Shown here piece after piece: positions 8,545 through 17,057 of a DNA stretch of 64,000 nucleotides (its first letter is position 1; every line of letters starts with the position of its first letter). The notes below the pieces were generated by a model, which was given only the letters and a program-made list of their open reading frames with translations, made no database searches and was not told the DNA's origin. The position numbers and the translations under genes are program-made. The stretch is from a virus. Location of the stretch: positions 4,279 to 68,278 of IMG/VR virus record IMGVR_UViG_3300033181_000072; one strand, given 5' to 3'.

Positions 8545-9170
8545 GGTTGGTTGCCCGCTGCGTCTGATATAGTATTGGCGTGACAGTTTGATGTGGCTTT
8601 GTCTCCACATCCCCATTGAAGCCACCTGCTCCCCGGTGCCTCTGATACCGATCTGACCTGCCCCACGTGGCCCTTTGGCCACGTCCCCATTGAGGCGCAC
8701 ATGCCTCCGCCCCCGGTCGCAGGCATGTGCGCTGGCACCTTGCCACCGATGAGCGGCCCGTCTAGGGGCAGTTCTGTGCGTCGTGGGCCATATTGGGAGA
8801 GCATCGCCGCCTGGGCTGCGTGCAGCGTGACGCGCCCAGCACACGTTTCGCGATGCCAGAAATTCTCGTCCTGATCCTTGACGTGTGCGTCGGCAATCGG
8901 TTGCGGCCACAAGTTTTTTGCACTGTTGCTCCCCGCGAGCTCGAGGGGAATGAGGTGATCCAGTTCAATCGCGCTGGCTGGCCCGATGTAGCCGTAGGCG
9001 CGGAGCACCTGCTGACGGACGGACAGCGGCACGTTTCTCACAGTAGACGTGTATCCCGGAACGCACACTGTCGCAGCGGTGACCTGGGGGAATGTGTCGC
9101 CAGGAGTGATGCGTGGGTCAGGATACGTGACGGCGAGAAGGGTCGCGATGATCAGGGTGCCGATGGTCAT
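8535..9170 (-). CDS. Secreted HNH-type endonuclease
   Basis: Signal peptide, PDPRITPG, ELDHLIPLELAGSNSAKNLWPQP; last ~80 aa look like a non-homologous extension. Confidence 0.65.
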   Translation of the reverse strand: MTIGTLIIATLLAVTYPDPRITPGDTFPQVTAATVCVPGYTSTVRNVPLSVRQQVLRAYGYIGPASAIELDHLIPLELAGSNSAKNLWPQPIADAHVKDQDENFWHRETCAGRVTLHAAQAAMLSQYGPRRTELPLDGPLIGGKVPAHMPATGGGGMCASMGTWPKGHVGQVRSVSEAPGSRWLQWGCGDKATSNCHANTISDAAGNQPCQ

Positions 9171-9246
9171 GACGTTGGTCCTTTCCGTGTTTCCAGCGTT
9201 GCGTCGGATTGCTTTTCCGCACCAACCAGATGATGGCAAGCGGCAC

Positions 9247-10194
9247 TCAATCAGTCACCTCTCCACGTTCGATCTTCCCGAGCCAGTCCAATGTCGCGGC
9301 GGTGGCGTCGTCCATCACGCGCTGGACCAGCGCGGGGGTGAAGTTGAACTGACGGATCGGGAAGTTGACGATCGGATGGATGTGGTAGACGCAGCCTTGC
9401 CCGTCCATCTTGCAGCGAACGTATGCCTCCTCCAGTTTGGTGCACTGGCGCATCATCAGGTCGGAGGAACGGAAGGCATTGTCAAGTGCATTGGCAGGTG
9501 GTGGGAGCGGATCGGTCGGACCCACGGCGCAGGCGTAGATGGTGCCACATCCCTGATCGACCAGTTTGGACAGGGGCTGGTTGTCCACCACGCCTCCATC
9601 CACCAGCGGCACGTCGGCGCCGTCGATGCGCACCGTTCGCCAGGGGAAGATTCCGGGAATGGCAGACGACGCGATGAGCGCATCCTCAATCGGGACCGTA
9701 GCGGTGTCGTCCGAGAACCAGACGGAGGTGCCGTCACGGATGTCGGTCGCGGCGATCAAGAGCTTGGGATACACCGGTGGCACGAAGGTGCGGGTGGTGA
9801 TGTCCTGGAGGTTCAGGGTCCGCTGTAGGCCATCGCGCACGAGTGGGCCGAGGGGGGCGTTGTCGCCGAGGCTGGCGATATGCTGTCGTTGGGAGATCAC
9901 CCGGCCTAGGATGTCACCTACATCCAGGCCAAGGAACTGGTTGGAGATGCGACCGAGGAGGTCGGCCCCGAGGTCGATCCCCGTGCCTCTGTGCACATCC
10001 AGTGCGTGGGCGAATCCGGCGAGCGCGCCGGCGCTGGTACCGGCGATGGCCGTGGGGATGATGCCCTTTTGCACGAAGGCCCGTGCGATGCCAAGTTCTA
10101 CCGCGACGAGTGGTCCCCCACCGGAATAGGAGATGCCGATCTTCGCCGGGTCCAGCGCCGGCACGTGGTCGTGAAGCAGGATCGGTTGGGTCAT
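9247..10194 (-). CDS. Patatin-like phospholipase
   Basis: SGGG oxyanion loop, GTSAG nucleophile elbow, DGG catalytic Asp motif. Confidence 0.9.
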   Translation of the reverse strand: MTQPILLHDHVPALDPAKIGISYSGGGPLVAVELGIARAFVQKGIIPTAIAGTSAGALAGFAHALDVHRGTGIDLGADLLGRISNQFLGLDVGDILGRVISQRQHIASLGDNAPLGPLVRDGLQRTLNLQDITTRTFVPPVYPKLLIAATDIRDGTSVWFSDDTATVPIEDALIASSAIPGIFPWRTVRIDGADVPLVDGGVVDNQPLSKLVDQGCGTIYACAVGPTDPLPPPANALDNAFRSSDLMMRQCTKLEEAYVRCKMDGQGCVYHIHPIVNFPIRQFNFTPALVQRVMDDATAATLDWLGKIERGEVTD

Positions 10195-10433
10195 AGCTCG
10201 GACACCTGTGTGCGTTGCCGTCGCGATAGGCGGTTGCGCCATGCGCGGTAGGCACGTACGTATGGCCTCTCTGCGAGAAGCCAGCCTGGATCAGCCAGCG
10301 GGATAACCAAATCAGGGACGCGTTTGTGTGCGGCTAGCCACTCTGCCGATGATGCTGCGCCCAAGCGTCGAATTCGTCGTGGGCTAGCTATGTTCACCTT
10401 CTTGTCGCGCACATTTACCCATCGCTCAGGCAT
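10191..10433 (-). CDS. Small basic hypothetical protein
   Basis: Coupled ORF in late operon. Confidence 0.4.
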   Translation of the reverse strand: MPERWVNVRDKKVNIASPRRIRRLGAASSAEWLAAHKRVPDLVIPLADPGWLLAERPYVRAYRAWRNRLSRRQRTQVSEL

Positions 10434-10632
10434 CAGTTAATCCCATCCGTTGTGCGAGTCGCTCCCACTTCCAATAGCGATCAAAGTAGCCCGCATAGCG
10501 TGGGTACCACGCAGGGCTGATGACTGATCCCAGCAACGTTTCGTCCTCCCAGCGTGCCCGGTTGTACTGTCGCCGTGCGATGTTCAGCCGTGCCAGGACG
10601 TAGCTCGCTGGCAGCCGTGGTCCGCGTCTCAT
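10426..10632 (-). CDS. Small hypothetical protein (MRRGPRL...)
   Basis: ATG 10632 overlaps upstream stop. Confidence 0.4.
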   Translation of the reverse strand: MRRGPRLPASYVLARLNIARRQYNRARWEDETLLGSVISPAWYPRYAGYFDRYWKWERLAQRMGLTDA

Positions 10633-10823
10633 CCGAGATACGGCGGCTGGATGGGTGTCGATCCACCTACCGTGACCGTTGCCGTCGGCTTCCCGGCCCG
10701 GCATGTTTTACAGCCATGGTCAACGACGATCACCGCCTTATTGCGGTCGAAACAGCGGCATTGCCTGATGACGGTTCCACAACTGCACTTCTCGATAAAA
10801 TGTCCTGCGTGTGACATGGTCAT
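10629..10823 (-). CDS. Cys-rich small hypothetical protein
   Basis: CSC..CRC..CKTC pattern; coupled. Confidence 0.4.
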   Translation of the reverse strand: MTMSHAGHFIEKCSCGTVIRQCRCFDRNKAVIVVDHGCKTCRAGKPTATVTVGGSTPIQPPYLG

Positions 10824-10837
10824 GTGTCCCTACTTTC

Positions 10838-11038
10838 TTACGTCTCAATCTGCACGAGCACCGTGTGCCCGGATCCAAAACTTCCCGCCGCCGCTGGCCC
10901 ATCCGACACCAGCTCGATGTAGCAGGGTGTGGGCACATGCCAGCCGTGTTCATCCGGTGGCCCCGACGTCACTCGCAGAATGCAGACGTGGCGGGTGCCC
11001 TCGGTGAACTTCCGCACCACCTGAAGCGTCAGCAGCAT
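10838..11038 (-). CDS. Small hypothetical protein
   Basis: 66-aa ORF in co-oriented run. Confidence 0.35.
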   Translation of the reverse strand: MLLTLQVVRKFTEGTRHVCILRVTSGPPDEHGWHVPTPCYIELVSDGPAAAGSFGSGHTVLVQIET

Positions 11039-11042
11039 TACG

Positions 11043-11252
11043 TCAGCCCCGATCCCGCGCCCAGCGCAGGTACTGGTACATGGCCACCTGTCGCCGTGTG
11101 AACCACAGCAGGTACTCGTCATGGGCTAGCCACTCGTGGATACAGCCCGTGGCCACGCGAGCACGCGTCATGATGAGTGCTATACGCGTCTCCGGGTCGG
11201 AGAACGTGAACAGAGCACGCATCTCGGCAGCGTTCGGGTAGTCGATCGTCAT
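11043..11252 (-). CDS. Small hypothetical protein
   Basis: 69 aa, ATGA-coupled to upstream membrane gene. Confidence 0.4.
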   Translation of the reverse strand: MTIDYPNAAEMRALFTFSDPETRIALIMTRARVATGCIHEWLAHDEYLLWFTRRQVAMYQYLRWARDRG

Positions 11253-11764
11253 GTCACGGGAGGAACAATTGCGTCCACCTTGTCCGTAAGGTGATCCGCC
11301 TTGACGTTCAGAAGGTCCACCTTGTCATCAACAGCCTGCACCTGTGTGTTGACCTGATCCACCTGGGCTGAGATGTCCACCGGGTGGTGCTGTCCTTGCA
11401 GGTAGCCGAGCAATCGGGACCGCTCAATACGGTCTTGGTTGTTGTTCCAGACCAATAACGCAAGGATGCCGGTCAACAACAGTCCAAACACGTCAGAGAG
11501 CAGATGGCTGCCTGGTACCGGGGGGCGGCTCATGGAGATGATGCCCATACCGACCGCGAGCGTCTTGATGACGATATGGACCCGCTGGCCGCGAATGTTG
11601 CCGTTGACGACAATCATCAGCGAACCATTTTCCTTATTGGCGCGCCGAACCGCACGATCACGGAGGAACTGCTGATGCGCGAGAAACGCCACAATCAGCC
11701 CCCAGAGCGCCACCGTGGTCCACATTGCCTCAACCAGGCTGATGGTTGGAGTCAGGTTGATCAT
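11249..11764 (-). CDS. Membrane protein with C-terminal coiled coil (lysis-region)
   Basis: Three hydrophobic segments; VDQVNTQVQAVDDKVDLL heptads; start MINLTP at 11764. Confidence 0.55.
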   Translation of the reverse strand: MINLTPTISLVEAMWTTVALWGLIVAFLAHQQFLRDRAVRRANKENGSLMIVVNGNIRGQRVHIVIKTLAVGMGIISMSRPPVPGSHLLSDVFGLLLTGILALLVWNNNQDRIERSRLLGYLQGQHHPVDISAQVDQVNTQVQAVDDKVDLLNVKADHLTDKVDAIVPPVT

Positions 11765-11958
11765 TGCGGGGTGTTCCGCCTTTCCTTGTTGTTCCATGCC
11801 GTCATTCGGGCATCACGTTCCATACGAATGAGTTGGAGCCGCAGCAACGCCTCTTGCTGTTGCTGCCGAATCAAGTCCTTTTCGTCGGGCGCATGGCGCT
11901 CAGGACGTTCCCGGAGTGGTCGCGCGAACGTGCTGAAGATGCGTCGCAACCACGTCAT
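11761..11958 (-). CDS. Small hypothetical protein (MTWLRRIF...)
   Basis: Both ends overlap neighbours by 4 nt. Confidence 0.45.
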   Translation of the reverse strand: MTWLRRIFSTFARPLRERPERHAPDEKDLIRQQQQEALLRLQLIRMERDARMTAWNNKERRNTPQ

Positions 11959-12179
11959 GGACGGCCCTCCTTGTGCGCGGCCTGGGCCAGGTCGGTAGCC
12001 GATTTGATGATGGGTGCTGCTTCCCGCGCGATGTCCCGCCACATATCGCGATCCTCGCGCATCGCCTGGTAGAAGCTGCCAAATACCCAGTAGCCCTTGT
12101 AGCCGCCGTACATGATCAGCATGAGAAACACAGGGAGCCCCCCCTGTGAGATCATCGTGATGATGTCTTGGATGGTCAT
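11955..12179 (-). CDS. Small membrane protein, possible holin/lysis accessory
   Basis: One TM helix then amphipathic REDRDMWRDIA segment. Confidence 0.5.
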   Translation of the reverse strand: MTIQDIITMISQGGLPVFLMLIMYGGYKGYWVFGSFYQAMREDRDMWRDIAREAAPIIKSATDLAQAAHKEGRP

Positions 12180-12207
12180 GCGTGTTCCTCAACGTCTGGC
12201 GGTGCCA

Positions 12208-12507
12208 TCAGTAGAGGCTTGTGACGATGATCTGCTGTTCTGCCGGGGCGGTCACCGTGCCGGTCCCCGTCACGCGGACGGTCCAGAGACCCACCGCATC
12301 CAGGAGCAGATCGAGGTGATAGCTGCCGATGCCATCGCGTACCACGGTGGTGTCCACGCCGAACGTAGCCACGCCCGTCGTGCTGTCAGGCCTGTGGTAG
12401 CGAAAGGTGATCGTCGTCGGGTCTGCGGGGACTGGCAGGCCAGTGCGCATGGTATAGAAGGTGACCTGGAGTTGGACCTCCTGGCCCAGCATCTTGGTAA
12501 CGGCCAA
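12208..12507 (-). CDS. Virion structural protein (BppU-like Ig/beta-sandwich)
   Basis: TTG start after AAGGAGG; ADPTTITFRY...GSYH...GLWTVR beta pattern typical of tail-end genes. Confidence 0.5.
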   Translation of the reverse strand: MAVTKMLGQEVQLQVTFYTMRTGLPVPADPTTITFRYHRPDSTTGVATFGVDTTVVRDGIGSYHLDLLLDAVGLWTVRVTGTGTVTAPAEQQIIVTSLY

Positions 12508-12520
12508 CGTGGCCTCCTTG

Positions 12521-14449
12521 CTAAGCGGGGATGAGCTCGAGCGCCGCGCGGCCACGATCCGTGACGGCGAGCGCCATACTTGCCGTGTCGCTCGCCGTGA
12601 GCATGGCGCTGCTCGTGTCGCTGATGAACATCGTGACGATGCCCGGAACATTGGCACCCGACTGGATACCGAGCGCGGAGGTGATCGCGGCGATAACGAC
12701 GCTGACGGTGCGACGGAAACCGACCATGCGCGAGGTGACGCTCGCCACGGCGATGGTGCTCGCCACCCTCCGTCCGTAGCTCGTCTGGCGCATCACACCG
12801 GTCGTGACCGACGTCGCAGACGTCGTGACGCGTTGGGTAGATGCCTGGCGGCTCGCACCCGTCGTGACCGGTGTCGTTGCGGTGGTGTCGCGCGCGGTCG
12901 CAACCTGGCGTGCTGCACCTGTGGTGGCCGCCGTCATACTCGCGGTGACCCGACCTGCGTGTAGCACACGGCTGACACTGGTCGTGATAGCCGTGCTACC
13001 GGCGGCGACCACGCGGCGATAGGCGATGGCACAGGTCGCTGCCGTGGCGATCATCGTTGACGAGAGGGTGTTCCGCATGGAGGACGTCTGACGCAGCGCG
13101 CTGGTCGTGATGGGCGCACTGCTGCTCCCGGTGCGCCCGAGTGCCTGCTGACGCGTTGCCGACGTCGCAACCGGTGTGGTGCTGCTCGTGCCTCTCCCGA
13201 GCGTGAGGAGGCGGCTCGCACTCGTGGTGACCGCAATCATACTGGTAACCGTGCGGGTGTACGCTGTCCTCCCGTTAGTTTTGACCGCCGTGGCTGCGGT
13301 CGTGACGGCAATACTCGATAGGAGAGAGCGAGCAATCGACTGTGTGCGGCTGGCTGTGGTCACAATGCCCACGCTCGTGCTGATTGACCGGGCGACCGCT
13401 TGCAGACGTGACACGGTCATCGTCAGGGCGGTACTACTCAGCGTTGACCGCGTGAGCACCTGCAAACGACTGGCACCCGTGCCGATCCCTGTAGAGGACG
13501 CCACTGAGCGGGATACTGTTTGACTCCGATTGGCCGCGGTTACGATACCGGTGCTGCTGTTGACCGAGCGAGCCAATGTTTGCGCACGTGTCGCTGCCGT
13601 AGCGAGGGCCGTGCTACTCAACGCTGACCGTGTCATCGACTGGGCTCGCTGCACGCTCGTGCCCAGCGCCGTGGTTGATGTCGTGGATCTGTTTGCCCCG
13701 AGTTGCCGTGACACCGCCGTTGCAGACGGGACGCTGCTCGTGATCGCACGGAGCAGTGCTTGCACCCGACGCGCTGACGTCGTCACCGCCGTAGTGCTCT
13801 GCGTTGACCGCATGAACGCCTGGACGCGTGTGCCGGAGGTGAGTAACCCGGTACTACTCAGGGTGGACCGCGACAGTGATTGAACACGGGTGGCGCTCGT
13901 GGTACTCCCGATTGCGGCTGCCACCGCCCGGATCGCTGCGATCTGGCGCAGCACGGAAGTGGTTGTTGCGATGCTGCTCCCGGCTGCTCGCGCCACGGCT
14001 TGGAGGCGCGTGACGGACGTCGTGAGTGCGGTTGCAGACGTCGTTGATCGGGCAGCGGTCGTCTGACGCGTCGCACTCGTGGCGATCCCCGTACCGCTCG
14101 TCGCGGAGCGCGTCAGCGTTTGGCTCCGGTTGGCACTGGTCGCGACCGTCGTCGCGCTGGCGGTCGAACGCGCCGCTGCGGTTTGCCGGGTCGCGCTGCT
14201 GGTAGTGGACGTACTGGTACTCGTTGCGCGGGTTCTGGCTGCTCGCGTTGTGGCGCGGGTGGTCACGACTACCGATGATGAGGTAGAGCGGGTGTAGGCG
14301 GTGCCCGACGCAGCCTTGATGATGATGAACCGGACCGACTCGCCACGATTCCATAGCTCGGTACCGGTGTCGTCACTCTTGCCCCGAACCCCGGCGACGA
14401 CCCCGCCCCGGTTCCACAGTTCGGCCCCGAGGTTCGCCGCGCTGGCCAT
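12521..14449 (-). CDS. Fibre-like protein with ~25 tandem 20-aa Thr/Ser/Ala/Arg repeats
   Basis: Repeat unit R[S/A]xxSxTxxxTSxxRxQxxx visible from about aa 50 to 600. Confidence 0.7.
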   Translation of the reverse strand: MASAANLGAELWNRGGVVAGVRGKSDDTGTELWNRGESVRFIIIKAASGTAYTRSTSSSVVVTTRATTRAARTRATSTSTSTTSSATRQTAAARSTASATTVATSANRSQTLTRSATSGTGIATSATRQTTAARSTTSATALTTSVTRLQAVARAAGSSIATTTSVLRQIAAIRAVAAAIGSTTSATRVQSLSRSTLSSTGLLTSGTRVQAFMRSTQSTTAVTTSARRVQALLRAITSSVPSATAVSRQLGANRSTTSTTALGTSVQRAQSMTRSALSSTALATAATRAQTLARSVNSSTGIVTAANRSQTVSRSVASSTGIGTGASRLQVLTRSTLSSTALTMTVSRLQAVARSISTSVGIVTTASRTQSIARSLLSSIAVTTAATAVKTNGRTAYTRTVTSMIAVTTSASRLLTLGRGTSSTTPVATSATRQQALGRTGSSSAPITTSALRQTSSMRNTLSSTMIATAATCAIAYRRVVAAGSTAITTSVSRVLHAGRVTASMTAATTGAARQVATARDTTATTPVTTGASRQASTQRVTTSATSVTTGVMRQTSYGRRVASTIAVASVTSRMVGFRRTVSVVIAAITSALGIQSGANVPGIVTMFISDTSSAMLTASDTASMALAVTDRGRAALELIPA

Positions 14450-14551
14450 TTAGACGATCGCTATCGAACGTGATAAAATAGAGGCAATTGAAGAGCGCCG
14501 CGACTGTTTCAGCAGTCCGGCGCCATGGCATCGAGGAATAGGAGTTCCACA

Positions 14552-15241
14552 ATGCAGCCTAATTCTACTACCCTTTTGGACCGAACCTGTCGTGAGTGCG
14601 GCACCGGCTTCACGAGTCCCGTTTGGGAGGTAAAGCGCGGAAGCGGCAACTTTTGCTCCCGTCACTGCGCGCGCATCTGGCAAGCCCGTCAACAATTCAC
14701 GACTGCCGAGACACGATTCTGGGAAAACGTTGAGAAATCCTCGGATGAAGGTTGTTGGCTTTGGACGGCTAATACAACTAGTTACGGCTATGGGCGATTC
14801 CGTTTTCAGGGTCAAGAGGCTCAAGCGCATCGCGTTGCCTGGAAACTTGTCAACGGCCCCATCCCGAAAGGGATGTACGTCTGCCACAACTGTCCAGGTG
14901 GAGATGTTCGGTCCTGTGTTAATCCAGCTCATCTGTTTCTTGGCACACATGCCGATAACATGTCTGATATGGTTCGCAAAGGCCGAAGTCCTTCTGGAAA
15001 GTACCATTGGTCTCACCTGCACTCCGAAAAAATTGTTCGCGGAAAACGACATGGGCGCGCTCGACTGACCGATACAGAAGTCGCTGAGATTCGCGCGTTG
15101 TATGCAAGCGGCGCATTGCGACAATGCCAATTGGCGAGACGGTTCCAAGTAGCTCATTCGACCATACACATGATCATCAGTGGAAAGACGTGGCAAAGCC
15201 TCAGTGCTATCACTCACGTTACTGACCAATCGTCAAAATAG
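14552..15241 (+). CDS. Free-standing HNH homing endonuclease (antisense to late operon)
   Basis: CxxC...CSRHC, GCWLW, AHRVAW, CVNPAHLFLGTHADNMSDM and C-terminal HTH; own TG-TAAAAT -10 and AGGAG SD. Confidence 0.88.
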   Translation: MQPNSTTLLDRTCRECGTGFTSPVWEVKRGSGNFCSRHCARIWQARQQFTTAETRFWENVEKSSDEGCWLWTANTTSYGYGRFRFQGQEAQAHRVAWKLVNGPIPKGMYVCHNCPGGDVRSCVNPAHLFLGTHADNMSDMVRKGRSPSGKYHWSHLHSEKIVRGKRHGRARLTDTEVAEIRALYASGALRQCQLARRFQVAHSTIHMIISGKTWQSLSAITHVTDQSSK

Positions 15242-16701
15242 CAGGATCCTGTAGTCACCAGACACTGGTTCCAAATTCGTACGGTGACCTGCCCTGCTTT
15301 GGTTGCGGTGAACGCCGCGAGCGTCTGTTTCTCCCAGGCACTTGCCGCGGCGACCGTGGCGGTCACCGACTGAGCAACGACACCAATCTCGGGATTGGCG
15401 ACGAGCTCCAGCCGTGGTCGGAGCCCCAGCGCAGCCGCATAGGTCGTGTCGTAGTTGCACCACGCGGCAATGGTCGTGGAGGTCGTGTCCACGTCGATCA
15501 CAAATGATTGGTAGCCAGGGCCAGTCAATCTGAGGCTCTGGGTGCCGCTATGGATCGTCGTCGTCTCGCGGATGCCCGTGTCACCGCGCTCGTAGCAGCC
15601 GCAGGCGACAAATGTGCCCTGGGGACGGGCCGCGCCGAGCAGGTCGGTTGTCGGCGCAGAGACACCTGCCGCTGGTGTTTTTGCTCCGGCGGTCAGCACC
15701 GTGGCACCCTCGGACGGCATGAACGCTGGCCGGGGGTTCCGTCCAATCAGCCCCTCGTACCCCAGTGCCGAACCGAGAAAGTAACTGCCACTCGTGCTAT
15801 GCGTTCCCGCCGTCACGTTCGTGCGCGGTGTGAGGGCACAGAAAACGTTGTAGTCCTCCACGATCTGCCCCACTGCCTTGGCGTTGACGCCCTCGTTACA
15901 CCCCATAATCCAGCAGTTATACATACTGCATTGGTTGCCAGCACTCGTGGCAACATTCGCGTCGTCCATCCTGAACGCGGAGTCGTTGTGGGCAATCGTG
16001 CAGTTGAGGAGGCGTACGCCTCCTCCCTTGAAGGCGTTGGTGCCGCTGCTCCGCACGCTGACCATGGCCCCACGTCCGCCGATCATCAGGCAGTTCTGAA
16101 ACAGGATGTTCGCGTTGTAATCGGCGACGGTGGACGTCGGAAGCGTCACAAAAGCGAATGTGTTATTCCAGCCGGTGCCCTGCATAATGCAGGAATCGAA
16201 CAGGTGGTTGGCAGCCCCGCCAGACGTGGGTGTGGAGATGTTGATGAGATTGGGCCCACTACCGTCATCGGCCACGAAGAGACACTGCCGGAACGTGATT
16301 CCCTGTGTGTTGGTACTCCCATCAATACCTGCGCCACCACCCTGCGTTGCATCGAACGCAATGCCCTGCACGGTGAGATACGAACGATTGTTGGCGATCA
16401 ACGTACTGTAGTTCGTCGTTGTGCCATTGGTGTCGCTGACACTCAAGTTGGTCCACCGCACCGCGCCGGGGTCACCGGTGTGGGAGCCATCAACGTCCGC
16501 GATCAGTGAGATGGGGCTGGCTGCCGTGCCAGAGTAGGCGAGCGTCGCGCTCTCCCGGTACGTGCCACTGCCGATGTAGGTTACATCCCCAGCAGCCAAC
16601 GCGCCAGTATTGAGCGCCTTATTGATGGTGAGCCACGCTGTTGACGGAGTTAGCCCATCATTGGCGTCAGAGCCCGACTTCCTGATGTAGCGAGCAACCA
16701 T
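15214..16701 (-). CDS. Tail fibre/spike with right-handed beta-helix and carbohydrate-binding-like C-terminus
   Basis: GSDANDGLTPSTAWLTINKA N-terminal motif of pectin-lyase-fold proteins; repeated FxQCxF / FxNCxM / LxNCTI strands. Confidence 0.75.
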   Translation of the reverse strand: MVARYIRKSGSDANDGLTPSTAWLTINKALNTGALAAGDVTYIGSGTYRESATLAYSGTAASPISLIADVDGSHTGDPGAVRWTNLSVSDTNGTTTNYSTLIANNRSYLTVQGIAFDATQGGGAGIDGSTNTQGITFRQCLFVADDGSGPNLINISTPTSGGAANHLFDSCIMQGTGWNNTFAFVTLPTSTVADYNANILFQNCLMIGGRGAMVSVRSSGTNAFKGGGVRLLNCTIAHNDSAFRMDDANVATSAGNQCSMYNCWIMGCNEGVNAKAVGQIVEDYNVFCALTPRTNVTAGTHSTSGSYFLGSALGYEGLIGRNPRPAFMPSEGATVLTAGAKTPAAGVSAPTTDLLGAARPQGTFVACGCYERGDTGIRETTTIHSGTQSLRLTGPGYQSFVIDVDTTSTTIAAWCNYDTTYAAALGLRPRLELVANPEIGVVAQSVTATVAAASAWEKQTLAAFTATKAGQVTVRIWNQCLVTTGSCYFDDWSVT

Positions 16702-16715
16702 CTACGCTACCGCAC

Positions 16716-16955
16716 TCATTGGATGCCTGTCTTCATCCTGATGATGGTTACAGCCACCATCTGGATGATCTGTGTCTGTTGTGCAGGCGTCAGGGTGCTG
16801 AGCACTGCGGGGAACTGGATGGCGTTGGCACCCGTGAAGTCAGCCAGGACTGTACTGCTCTGGCTGTCCACAATTTGTGCAGCAATGGTGAACGCGGGCT
16901 GGTTCAACTGGTTCGTCGCGCCTCGGGTGACGGCAAAGTTTTGCAAGTCGGGCAT
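16716..16955 (-). CDS. Small virion-associated hypothetical protein (79 aa)
   Basis: AAGGAG SD, start MPDLQNF. Confidence 0.55.
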   Translation of the reverse strand: MPDLQNFAVTRGATNQLNQPAFTIAAQIVDSQSSTVLADFTGANAIQFPAVLSTLTPAQQTQIIQMVAVTIIRMKTGIQ

Positions 16956-17057
16956 CGTGCGCTCCTTGCTGTGTACGCTACTGTCGATTAAAATAAGTAG
17001 AGCGGCGACGTCGGTAAACGCCCCGCTCCGTGGCACCGCAACTTTGGAGGAGTAACG

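Noticed and set aside
8545-8910. N-terminal 122 aa of the ORF-track lysin call (7057-8910)
   Set aside because: Overlaps the nuclease gene and the hairpin cluster; domain homology begins at MPVAAF (8544)
9247-10194. CBASS system around the patatin
   Set aside because: No CD-NTase or Cap2/3 genes nearby
14450-15229. 259-aa - strand ORF between the fibre genes
   Set aside because: Antisense shadow of the HNH gene; sequence looks non-proteinlike
16956-17057. Orphaned C-terminus of tail gene 17651-18271 behind HNH cassette 2
   Set aside because: No frame gives a convincing match to GDTLTPTASFSN with a stop
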